Assembly (NCBI GenBank): GCA_965140445.1 | Contig: OZ223236.1 | Location: 672,001 to 736,000 of the forward strand | From: Candidatus Ozemobacteraceae bacterium | GTDB lineage: Bacteria; Muiribacteriota; Ozemobacteria; Ozemobacterales; Ozemobacteraceae | Direction of reading: 5' to 3' | DNA: 64,000 nucleotides | Part shown: positions 20,747-28,659 of the stretch, piece by piece | Layout: every line of letters starts with the position of its first letter | Position numbering within the stretch: the stretch's first letter is position 1 | Notes under the pieces: model-generated | Told to the model about the DNA's origin: nothing | Databases searched by the model: none | Seen by the model: the letters and a program-made list of their open reading frames with translations, nothing else | Program-made: the position numbers and the translations under genes

Positions 20747-21160
20747 GCTCTCATCTCACAAAAGATAGATCCTCGTTTTTGTGTCTGTGATACAAAGTGT
20801 AAATAAATAAGAAAAATTATTCAATTAATTATTTCTAGTATTTGCTTATATCAGAAACAGGATAATCCCAGTCTTAGCCAGCCCATTTAAGATCTTCTAG
20901 ATTGCAGAAATTCAATTGAAAATTGGAGTAAAAGTTGCTATCCAAAGCAAAGTCGAAAATAAAATGTAAATCTATCGTTTTTTATAGCCTAAGAAATGTT
21001 TTATTTACAAAAGAAAGAGCACCAAAAGCTACATAAATGCTCGGTGAACTTTCTGGTTAAAACTCCATTCAGATTCATTTTGGCTGATGCAGTTTTTTTA
21101 TCTTTCTCTTAATGAGATTTAACCAGAGCTTCAAAATCCCTTAATGTTGGAAATGCCATT

Positions 21161-22192
21161 TTAAGAATTATTTTCTTCAACTTGAAATGCAGAATAAACA
21201 AGTGTTCTGATCTCATCATCACAGGCTCCATGTTCATCAATCAATGAAATGATCCGTTCAACTTGAGCGATACTCCTTTTTGGCAATTTCCATATCTCTT
21301 CAAGCTCATTAGAAGATAAATATCTATCCAAGTAATCATAAGGATTAAGCTTCTTTGGCAATACAATTTGTTTAAAGAGCATTTGCCAGAAAGATTTTTC
21401 TGAAACGGATTTAGCTATATTGACGCATCGTTGGTAGTCTTGAATCTGCTCACCAACTGACCTTTCAATTTCTGAATGAAACCACTCATGGAAAGTAATC
21501 ACCTTCTCATAATATGAAGGAATCAATTCTCTTAAATCAATACCAGTCGAATTATCTGTTACAAATTCTTGTGCCAATTTGGCAAATTTACCAAGTCGTT
21601 TCAAATCATTAACCCAGATTTTAAAAGTTGCCCTAAAAGATTTCTTTTTCCCTCTGGAGGTTTCCCAATTTGGCTGATGCAATCTCAAATGAATAAGATC
21701 AACTCTAAGTTCTTGAATGAATTTATGTTCCGGACTGTTTCCAAAAACCTTAACCTTATCAAAATAACCCGGTATTTCTATTTTCCTACTTATAATTCTT
21801 GATTGGTCAACCAATGACATAGAGCTGGCAACAAATATATAAAGTGCTTCTTGAGCTTCCAACTCGAAGTTTTGGAGCTTTTCACGATTCATACGAAGAA
21901 ACAGCGTTCCATCAGATGCCTGAGTTTCAAACTTATTAAATAACTCTGCAAACCTGGAAACAGAACGCTTAAAGACCATCAAAATAGATTTCAAAGACTC
22001 AAGACGCCGCAAATACTCATAACCAGGATGTTCTTCGATAAAACGAAAAACATCGGTTTTGTAGCGCCAAACAGCGGCTTCAACTGCCTCTCGCCCCCAT
22101 GGCAACGGCCCTAATGAAAGTTCATTCTGTTCTAATGAATCAACTGGGCTTGTTTCAGAAATGTTTTTCGTCGATTTTTTTGCTTTGTTCAT
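21161..22192 (-). CDS. Hypothetical protein with HEPN-like Rx4H motif
   Basis: 343-aa helical-looking ORF; FIQELRVDLIH. Confidence 0.55.
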   Translation of the reverse strand: MNKAKKSTKNISETSPVDSLEQNELSLGPLPWGREAVEAAVWRYKTDVFRFIEEHPGYEYLRRLESLKSILMVFKRSVSRFAELFNKFETQASDGTLFLRMNREKLQNFELEAQEALYIFVASSMSLVDQSRIISRKIEIPGYFDKVKVFGNSPEHKFIQELRVDLIHLRLHQPNWETSRGKKKSFRATFKIWVNDLKRLGKFAKLAQEFVTDNSTGIDLRELIPSYYEKVITFHEWFHSEIERSVGEQIQDYQRCVNIAKSVSEKSFWQMLFKQIVLPKKLNPYDYLDRYLSSNELEEIWKLPKRSIAQVERIISLIDEHGACDDEIRTLVYSAFQVEENNS

Positions 22193-22460
22193 TACTTTCT
22201 ATCGCGTCTGTTCAGATTAATAATATTTTAAACATTTTTTTTTGCACGGCAAATTTGATTAGCTTCCAATTTGCCGCAGACTTTGTTTTGTCTTCTAAGG
22301 TTTTCTGATCAGTGCTCGTGCTCCATTCAATTTACAGTAGCCATTTCCAAAAAAGATCAATCCTTTTGCATAGCTACCCTTTTCCGTTTTTAGCTTCACA
22401 GGTTAAGCTCATTAAAACTTCCGAGAAATAAAGCAATTTATGTGAGCAGACACATGGATT

Positions 22461-22500
22461 GACGATGCGGGAAGTTTCGGGATGATGCGGGAAGTTTTGA
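22461..22500. repeat. 20-bp tandem direct repeat (2 copies plus degenerate followers)
   Basis: GACGATGCGGGAAGTTTCGG / GATGATGCGGGAAGTTTTGA. Confidence 0.7.
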
Positions 22501-22596
22501 AACGAAGCAAGTTTGGGAACATTTTCCAAGTTTGACTTGGAGACATATGATTTGACTTAAATTTGTCTGACGTGGACAGATGGTTTGAGTTAGTAT

Positions 22597-23328
22597 TCAC
22601 AATACTAGATATTTTAAAAGCTTTTTCCCAACAGAGCTAATTTTTATTGCTTGAATTATTCCTTTGCTATTTAATCCAAAAGTGTTTGAATGACGTTCTT
22701 CTATTAATCCAAGTTGTATCATTTCTAGCAAGGCAAAAAATTCACCAGGATGAATGTTTGGATTTTCTGCTGGAGAGTTGTAGTCTAACCAATCATTTTT
22801 GCTTGAAAGGTTTTCTGATGGTATGTGCTGTTTATCAAAAAGGCTCTTAGCACTAATTTCCTTTTCACCATACTCTTGATGTAGTTTTTTTAGAATTCTA
22901 TAAGAGATTGGGTTGGTTTTTAAAACTATGCTCGGGAGCCAATATAAGTCTTTTTCGTCTAGCTCTTTATTTATTATGTCTTCAGAAATTCCAGTAAGAA
23001 TATTAAACTCATCGTCGTCAAAGTTTGTTAAAGTCATTTCCATTAATTCAAACAACCTTACTTTATCTATCTTTTTAAGTTTGCTTAGTTTTTCTTCAAT
23101 ATCTGTGATTTGGTCGGTTAACTTTTTTAGGTATTGAGCTAGATTTTTCCAGCGTTGATCATTTTGATCTTCTTGGTGAGCTGATATTAAGCCTTTTAGT
23201 GCGATTTCCCAGGTGAGTGGTAATATTTTGCTTTTGCAAAAGATATTTAAGACAGTGTCTTGGCATTTGCGCGCTAAAGAAGGCTCTGAATATATTGAAT
23301 CTAAATCAGATGGGTGTCGGTTGTCCAT
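22597..23328 (-). CDS. Hypothetical protein, Abi-alpha/DUF4393-like
   Basis: AGGAG SD; C-terminal LLEMIQLGLIE..ISSVGKKLLKYL winged-helix-like pattern. Confidence 0.5.
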   Translation of the reverse strand: MDNRHPSDLDSIYSEPSLARKCQDTVLNIFCKSKILPLTWEIALKGLISAHQEDQNDQRWKNLAQYLKKLTDQITDIEEKLSKLKKIDKVRLFELMEMTLTNFDDDEFNILTGISEDIINKELDEKDLYWLPSIVLKTNPISYRILKKLHQEYGEKEISAKSLFDKQHIPSENLSSKNDWLDYNSPAENPNIHPGEFFALLEMIQLGLIEERHSNTFGLNSKGIIQAIKISSVGKKLLKYLVL

Positions 23329-23349
23329 TTCTCAAATAACTCCTAAAAC

Positions 23350-24645
23350 TCATTTTGTTGTTTGTTTTTCTATAATTTTGATGACAGATTCTGAAGGAAT
23401 AATAGGACCATTATCCTTTACTATTCCTGTCTGCCCAGGCCTGAATAGTGTTTCTAGGGCAATGCGTCTATCCTCTGATTCACTTAATTTATTTTCATTC
23501 ATTAGTGCTAGGAAGGTTTTTATCATGGTTGTTCTTTCTTTGCTTTCAAGTTGAAGATGGTGGTGGGAAGAGTATTGATTAGTAGAAAATCTAATTACAA
23601 AACTTAAAACAGAAAGTATAAGAACTGTAGTTGCTAAGGAAACAGGATGAATGTATCCCAAAATCATGCTTGTAGTTGGAATACTCTTAAATTCTAAGTA
23701 GTGGTGGACTAGATAAGGCAAAAACATTGCAAGTAAAGAGGCTATAATGGCTATTCCAAGCCAAATCTTTTTCTCTTTGCTATGAAAAACTCCTTTACTA
23801 TCCCAATACGTTACAGAAGAGTTTAGTTCAATCTCGGATTGATAGATTCTCTTTGCGTGTTGCACCGTGCTCTTTGCAGAGGCTAGCTCTGTTTCCATCT
23901 CTTGGCAAAGATTGTTTTTGGATTCTTCAAAATCCTCTGAAAGTTTTCTTATTAGATCGGAATTGTCTTTTATAAAAGAATCTTTTTTATTAGCTACCCA
24001 ATCTTCAAATTCACTGTTTCTATTAACAGCGCGGCTAGCCATTTCATTTATGCTATCAATTTTTTTTTCATATTCTTGAAATGATGGTGGATCAGATATA
24101 ACTTTTCGTTCCAATTCTGTGAAAGCAATAATTTTATTAGCTTCAAATGCATTGAATAGATATGGTGAGTTAAAAATGTATTGCCCATGGTTGTTTAACG
24201 TATAGGTGAAGGCTGCTTTAAAAGGATTTATAATGTCAGAAACGGCTTTAATACTACTGTTTCTTTTGGGATAAGAGGTAAAAAACAATATGAAGAAAGC
24301 TGTATTTGGTGATTCTTCCAGCTTTTCTGCCAAAACTTTCCCCATAATTGAGTCCTTAAAAGGATAATGACAAATAGAAAAAAGCTCTTGCCCTATTTTG
24401 AGACGATTTAACAATTCTTCAGTATTGTTATCGGCGTAGGCTTTTTGGAAAACCTGAATTTGCCTCAGAATAGTTTCTAAAATCGAAAAAACATGATTAG
24501 CAAAGTTTGTATTAGAAAACTCTACCTTTGATTTAAGAACTTTGAGTATATTAGTTTCTGTTTCCCAAAGTTCCTTAAGTTCATCTGGTTTATAGAAAAT
24601 TCTATCTTTTTGCCCGTCCAAAACTGGAAGCTTTATATCTATCAT
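23350..24645 (-). CDS. DUF6161-like coiled-coil protein with two TM helices
   Basis: Coiled coil, two TM segments, C-terminal HHHLQLESKERTTMIKTFLAL..RRIALETLFRPGQTGIVKD. Confidence 0.7.
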   Translation of the reverse strand: MIDIKLPVLDGQKDRIFYKPDELKELWETETNILKVLKSKVEFSNTNFANHVFSILETILRQIQVFQKAYADNNTEELLNRLKIGQELFSICHYPFKDSIMGKVLAEKLEESPNTAFFILFFTSYPKRNSSIKAVSDIINPFKAAFTYTLNNHGQYIFNSPYLFNAFEANKIIAFTELERKVISDPPSFQEYEKKIDSINEMASRAVNRNSEFEDWVANKKDSFIKDNSDLIRKLSEDFEESKNNLCQEMETELASAKSTVQHAKRIYQSEIELNSSVTYWDSKGVFHSKEKKIWLGIAIIASLLAMFLPYLVHHYLEFKSIPTTSMILGYIHPVSLATTVLILSVLSFVIRFSTNQYSSHHHLQLESKERTTMIKTFLALMNENKLSESEDRRIALETLFRPGQTGIVKDNGPIIPSESVIKIIEKQTTK

Positions 24646-24740
24646 AACTTCCTAAACGGCAGGGCTGCGATTACTCTGCCCAGAAGCCTGAAGGAGGCGT
24701 CTGGTGTGATGGTGTGGAATTTGTGTTTGGAGATTGCATT
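24642..24740 (-). pseudogene. Possible C-terminal remnant of an S24 (CI/LexA-type) repressor
   Basis: ISKHKFHTITPDASFRLLGRVIA resembles the S24 C-terminus; stop overlaps the next ATG (ATGA); upstream part is not recognisable. Confidence 0.35.
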
Positions 24741-24962
24741 ACTAGTAGCTTTTACTGTTTTGGGAAAGGGGCCTTTTTTCGAATAAAACATCCGATTTTC
24801 GTCGTAAAAACTCTTGGCTATGATTTGTTTCCTCACAAGAATTGTCCTCTTTTATAGTTTTTATCTTTACTTGAAAAAATGTTCCAAAAGCACTTTTCAA
24901 AAGTATTATAACGAAACATTTTCCAAACTGGAACCCCAAAATTAGCTTTACCCTAAAACCAA

Positions 24963-24989
24963 AAACAGCCCACAAATTGTGGGCTGTTT
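24963..24989 (-). terminator. Terminator after tRNA-Leu
   Basis: AAACAGCCCACAA/TTGTGGGCTGTTT inverted repeat with U run on the minus strand. Confidence 0.75.
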
Positions 24990-24998
24990 GAGCACAAG

Positions 24999-25083
24999 TG
25001 CCGGAAGTCGGACTTGAACCGACACGCCTTTAAGGGGCGCGGGATTTTGAGTCCCGTGCGTCTGCCAATTTCGCCATTCCGGC
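24999..25083 (-). tRNA. tRNA-Leu(CAA)
   Basis: GCCGGAA acceptor stem, TGGC/TTGGCA D arm, GGGA-CT-CAA-AA-TCCC anticodon arm, long variable arm, GGTTCAAGTCC T arm; CCA not encoded. Confidence 0.95.
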
Positions 25084-25093
25084 GGCAAGGAAA

Positions 25094-25123
25094 ATTATAT
25101 CACAACTAAATAATCAAAGGCAA
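25094..25123 (-). promoter_or_regulatory. Sigma70-type promoter of tRNA-Leu
   Basis: TTGCCT-N18-TATAAT with extended TGn. Confidence 0.6.
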
Positions 25124-25314
25124 GCAATCTGAAATTAAATAACAAAAAAATACTAACAATAGATCAAAAACCCTTTAACTCAGGAACTCAGGCCAGCTGG
25201 AAAGAATAAAAAAAATCAGTTCTAACCAAAATCCTGGCCGCAAAAACAACTGATGTTGAGGTTCGCATTGCAAACCTGTAAACTATGCAAAAGAATTCTT
25301 AATCGGAGAACATA

Positions 25315-26466
25315 ATGCGAAAACAACTGGTCGCAATTTTTATTATAGTAACCATTCTTCTCATTCCCATTACTGCCAGAGCGCAGCATGCTAAATTCAT
25401 TTTCAGTATGATAAAGGATCGCGCAGTTTTGTCCAGATCTGGTGGTTCAACCTGGTTGGCTCTCGGAATGCAACCTGTAGAGGTTAAACCTGGTGATTTA
25501 CTAAGAGTTGAAGGCGAGGGGCGTGGAGAACTTCGTTACCCTGATGGAACAATTGTTAGAATGAGTTCGGGAGCTTCAATTACCATTCTCAGAAGTGGTG
25601 TCCAGCTTCAAAAAGGATATATCTGGCTTAAAGTTCGACGCCGGGCCGACATGTTTAAGGTTTTTTCTCCATTAGGTTCATGCAGTGTTCTCGGAACCTC
25701 ATTTGATGTAAATGTTGACCGGTTTGGCAAAACCAGTGTTCGGGTTTTCTCTGGAATCGTTGCCGTTCGTGCCAATGAAGACAGTCGAAATCGCCAGCTC
25801 GTTCTCCAATCAGGTATGAGGACTGTAATTAATGAAAAGACCAGAATTGACGATAAACCCATGAAATTTCAGGCCTCAACTATCGAAGCAAAATTGCTCA
25901 GTGACTGGGAAAGCCGCAAGCTCGACAACAGCTCAAACTATCTTGCTGCCCCAAAGATAGATGAAGGATTGCCTCCAATGCTTCCAGAATTGGATACAGG
26001 ACACACCATTCTTGGCAAGGAGCCTAAAAAAGAAGAAAAAGCGCCAGAGCAGGCAAAGTCTGACAGGATTCAGATCATTGCCAGACAGCGAAATGCTTTC
26101 CTCGAAAATCTCAGAAAACAGGACTTACAAAAAGATTCGGTTATCGGCAATAGATTCGAAGAAAAGGATTCTATGAAGAAAAACACCCACGGCTTCGAGT
26201 TTGGCCAGTATCACCAGCCTTCGTCGTTTATTACCGATGATCCATCATTACGAATGGAATATTTTCAGATTAGAAACCGTTTGTTGAGAGTGCAAAGCCA
26301 AATTCGCCAAAAAGAAATGGAAATGACAAGCCTTGTAAACCAGTCTGTTCCAACCTCTCAGAGCAAGCGTGACGCGCAGAGATTGCAGGCTGATCTCCTG
26401 ACTCTGCAGCAGGAGCACAAGCAGATCATACTTCGTTTAAGAAATTTACAGACAAGAAAAAGATAA
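25315..26466 (+). CDS. Exported FecR-domain protein with C-terminal coiled coil
   Basis: Signal peptide, GDLLRV..ELRYPDGT.VRM, SVLGTSFDV, TSVRVFSG.VAV. Confidence 0.75.
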   Translation: MRKQLVAIFIIVTILLIPITARAQHAKFIFSMIKDRAVLSRSGGSTWLALGMQPVEVKPGDLLRVEGEGRGELRYPDGTIVRMSSGASITILRSGVQLQKGYIWLKVRRRADMFKVFSPLGSCSVLGTSFDVNVDRFGKTSVRVFSGIVAVRANEDSRNRQLVLQSGMRTVINEKTRIDDKPMKFQASTIEAKLLSDWESRKLDNSSNYLAAPKIDEGLPPMLPELDTGHTILGKEPKKEEKAPEQAKSDRIQIIARQRNAFLENLRKQDLQKDSVIGNRFEEKDSMKKNTHGFEFGQYHQPSSFITDDPSLRMEYFQIRNRLLRVQSQIRQKEMEMTSLVNQSVPTSQSKRDAQRLQADLLTLQQEHKQIILRLRNLQTRKR

Positions 26467-26482
26467 ATTTTTTCTAAACCCA

Positions 26483-26512
26483 TTGACAAAGGGTAAAAGT
26501 AATTGGTACGAT
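26483..26512 (+). promoter_or_regulatory. Sigma70-type promoter of hup
   Basis: TTGACA-N18-TACGAT with TGn. Confidence 0.55.
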
Positions 26513-26567
26513 TTCTATTGTATTCGGTTCTAATGTAATTAATAGTTTTACCAGGAGGATCCCCATA

Positions 26568-26855
26568 GTGAAGAAAATCGAACTCGTGCGCGAAATCGCC
26601 AAAGCAACCAACATGACCCAGACTCAGGCATCTCAGGCTCTTGATGCTACCCTTACTATTATCAAGAAAGCTCTCAAGAAAAAAGATGACGTTCGTCTTG
26701 TAGGTTTTGGTTCTTTTAAGGTGACCAATCGCAAAGCCAGAACCGGCATCAACCCACAGACAAAAAAACCAATCAAGATTCCAGCTTGCAATGTTGCTAA
26801 ATTCGTACCAGGCAAAGACCTTCGCGAAATGATCAACACCACCAAGAAAAAATAA
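26568..26855 (+). CDS. hup: HU family DNA-binding protein
   Basis: VRLVGFGSF..RKARTGINPQT..IKIPA..KFVPGK; AGGAGG SD. Confidence 0.95.
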   Translation: MKKIELVREIAKATNMTQTQASQALDATLTIIKKALKKKDDVRLVGFGSFKVTNRKARTGINPQTKKPIKIPACNVAKFVPGKDLREMINTTKKK

Positions 26856-26870
26856 GTCTTGATCACAATG

Positions 26871-26901
26871 ACACCGGCAGAAAAAACTGCCGGTGTTTTT
26901 T
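26871..26901 (+). terminator. Intrinsic terminator after hup
   Basis: ACACCGGCAG/CTGCCGGTGT followed by T run. Confidence 0.8.
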
Positions 26902-26962
26902 ATTTGGAAAAGTTTAAGTTTCCACTTGCCCAGAGAATCCCTATCAGGTAAATTTAGTTCTT

Positions 26963-28645
26963 ATGAGTACTCAGAAAAAACGTCTTGGCGACATATTAAT
27001 AGATTGTAATCTTATTTCCGATGATCAACTTAAGCAGGCACTTGGCTTTCACAAAGAGAGAGGACTGAAGCTGGGCGAAGCACTCACGGAAATGGGTCTT
27101 GTTACTGAGGATGACATCATCTGGGCTCTTGGTAACCAGCTGAACATTTCTTTTGTTCACTTAAATGCTGATATTGTTGACCATGAAGTTGTGCAGATGA
27201 TTACGCCTGATTTTGCCAGAGAGCATCGCATGATGCTTCTTTATAAGGCAGGGAACCAGCTTAGCGTCTGTATGGTTGACCCACTTGATTCAAGGCCTGT
27301 TGAATACCTTGAAGGCAAGTTTGGGGTAAATGTTCAGGTTTCTATCTGTACTCTGTTCGACTTTGAGCAGACGTTTGCTGCAATTTATGGTGCAACCGAA
27401 ATAACTGACAAAGTTGCCGACGAAATTGAGTCAACTCCTGCTGAAAATACCGCGCTGGAGCGAGGTATTCCCAAAGGCATGGAAGGCCCGGAAAAAATTA
27501 TCAATTATATTCTCGGCCAGGCTATCATCAATAAAGTTGATAGAATTCATTTTGAACCAACAGAAAAGGGTGTTTTGATAAGATTTAGAACTAATTGCAC
27601 CCTTTCAAGAAAAATTGAAGTTCCAATGAAAGTTCACCATGAGGTAATTTCAAGACTCAGAAAACTTTCTCACCTGCCAGATGACGAAAAAAATCGTCTT
27701 GGTGTACAGGTTGGACACTTCAGAGTTAATGTTTCTTCAAGACTTGTTAATATCCAGTCCATTTTTTACCCGACAGTTGATGGTGAAATGGTTATTCTCA
27801 AGCTTGCAGACTTTGGAAGTATTGCTGAACAGCTTGGTAAAACAGGCCGGGCAACCCTTGAAAAAATTGGAAGATTTCTTCATGACAATTACGGCGTTCT
27901 TTATGTCACTGGCCCACGCGAATCAGGTAGAACAACAACTCAGTATTGTATTTTGAGTAGTTATGATTCAGAAACCAGAAAGATTGTTACGGTTGAAGAT
28001 CCAGTTGAAGCTTCTCTATCGAGAACAACCCAAATTCAGGTTGGCCACGTTGGAGTGAATGACCTCTCTGAAGGTTTTAAACTCGCAATGCTACTTGACC
28101 CTGATGTTATTCATGTGGAATCCGCCGATGATGCAAAGCTGGTTGAAGAAATGGCTTATGCCGGTCTTGGCGGAAAGACCATTATGACTTCCTTTCTTGC
28201 ACATGATGCTCCAAGCAGCATTGTCAGGCTGATAAATATGGGTGGAAGTGATTCGAAACACAAGGTTGACCCGGTAATTCTGGCTTCTTCCATGTGCGGA
28301 ATCGTTTGTCAGCGACTGGTTAGAACTCTCTGCAAGAATTGTCGGGAAGAAACCACAATTCCGGAAAGAATCGCTGAGCGCCTTCCATCTGAAAAGCATG
28401 GAGCTAAAGTTTTCAAAGCTAAGGGGTGCGAAGGTTGTGAAAAAACCGGATACTCCGGCAAGATGCTGATTGTGGAATTTATTCCTAATTCCCCGACTTT
28501 AAAGCAAATGATTATAAATAAACAAAGCTATCAGGATTTCTATCAGTTCGCTCGAAAAGAAGGATATCCAACCCTGGAACAGAGCGCCCTGGAATTGCTA
28601 ATTAGTGGCGATACCAGTGTTGATGAGTTCCTGAGATTGTTTTAG
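26963..28645 (+). CDS. GspE/PilB family protein with MshEN domain and degenerate ATPase motifs
   Basis: RLGDILI..LGEAL N-terminus, DRIHFEP, TVEDPVE, QRLVRTLC.NC..GC.GC Zn motif; Walker A reads GPRESGRTTT. Confidence 0.85.
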   Translation: MSTQKKRLGDILIDCNLISDDQLKQALGFHKERGLKLGEALTEMGLVTEDDIIWALGNQLNISFVHLNADIVDHEVVQMITPDFAREHRMMLLYKAGNQLSVCMVDPLDSRPVEYLEGKFGVNVQVSICTLFDFEQTFAAIYGATEITDKVADEIESTPAENTALERGIPKGMEGPEKIINYILGQAIINKVDRIHFEPTEKGVLIRFRTNCTLSRKIEVPMKVHHEVISRLRKLSHLPDDEKNRLGVQVGHFRVNVSSRLVNIQSIFYPTVDGEMVILKLADFGSIAEQLGKTGRATLEKIGRFLHDNYGVLYVTGPRESGRTTTQYCILSSYDSETRKIVTVEDPVEASLSRTTQIQVGHVGVNDLSEGFKLAMLLDPDVIHVESADDAKLVEEMAYAGLGGKTIMTSFLAHDAPSSIVRLINMGGSDSKHKVDPVILASSMCGIVCQRLVRTLCKNCREETTIPERIAERLPSEKHGAKVFKAKGCEGCEKTGYSGKMLIVEFIPNSPTLKQMIINKQSYQDFYQFARKEGYPTLEQSALELLISGDTSVDEFLRLF

Positions 28646-28659
28646 TAAGTGTGTAAATT

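Noticed and set aside
21052..21127. Imperfect inverted repeat TCTGGTTAAA..TTTAACCAGA (MITE-like)
   Set aside because: Single copy with no target-site duplication evident; may be just a 3' hairpin of the upstream gene
22247..22276. Hairpin CGGCAAATT/AATTTGCCG as a terminator for the island genes
   Set aside because: Followed by an A run rather than a U run on the coding (minus) strand
22441..22600. Possible mini-CRISPR array
   Set aside because: Repeats are adjacent with a 20-bp period, there are no spacers, and no cas genes are in the window
22518..24926. 12-bp direct repeat AACATTTTCCAA at 22518 and 24915 flanking two island genes
   Set aside because: Short AT-rich match, plausible by chance
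19163..24998. attL/attR duplication of the tRNA-Leu 3' end and an integrase
   Set aside because: No convincing copy of GTGCCGGAAGTCGGACTTGAACC found by eye (TGCGGGAAGT at 22466 is too weak), and no recombinase ORF
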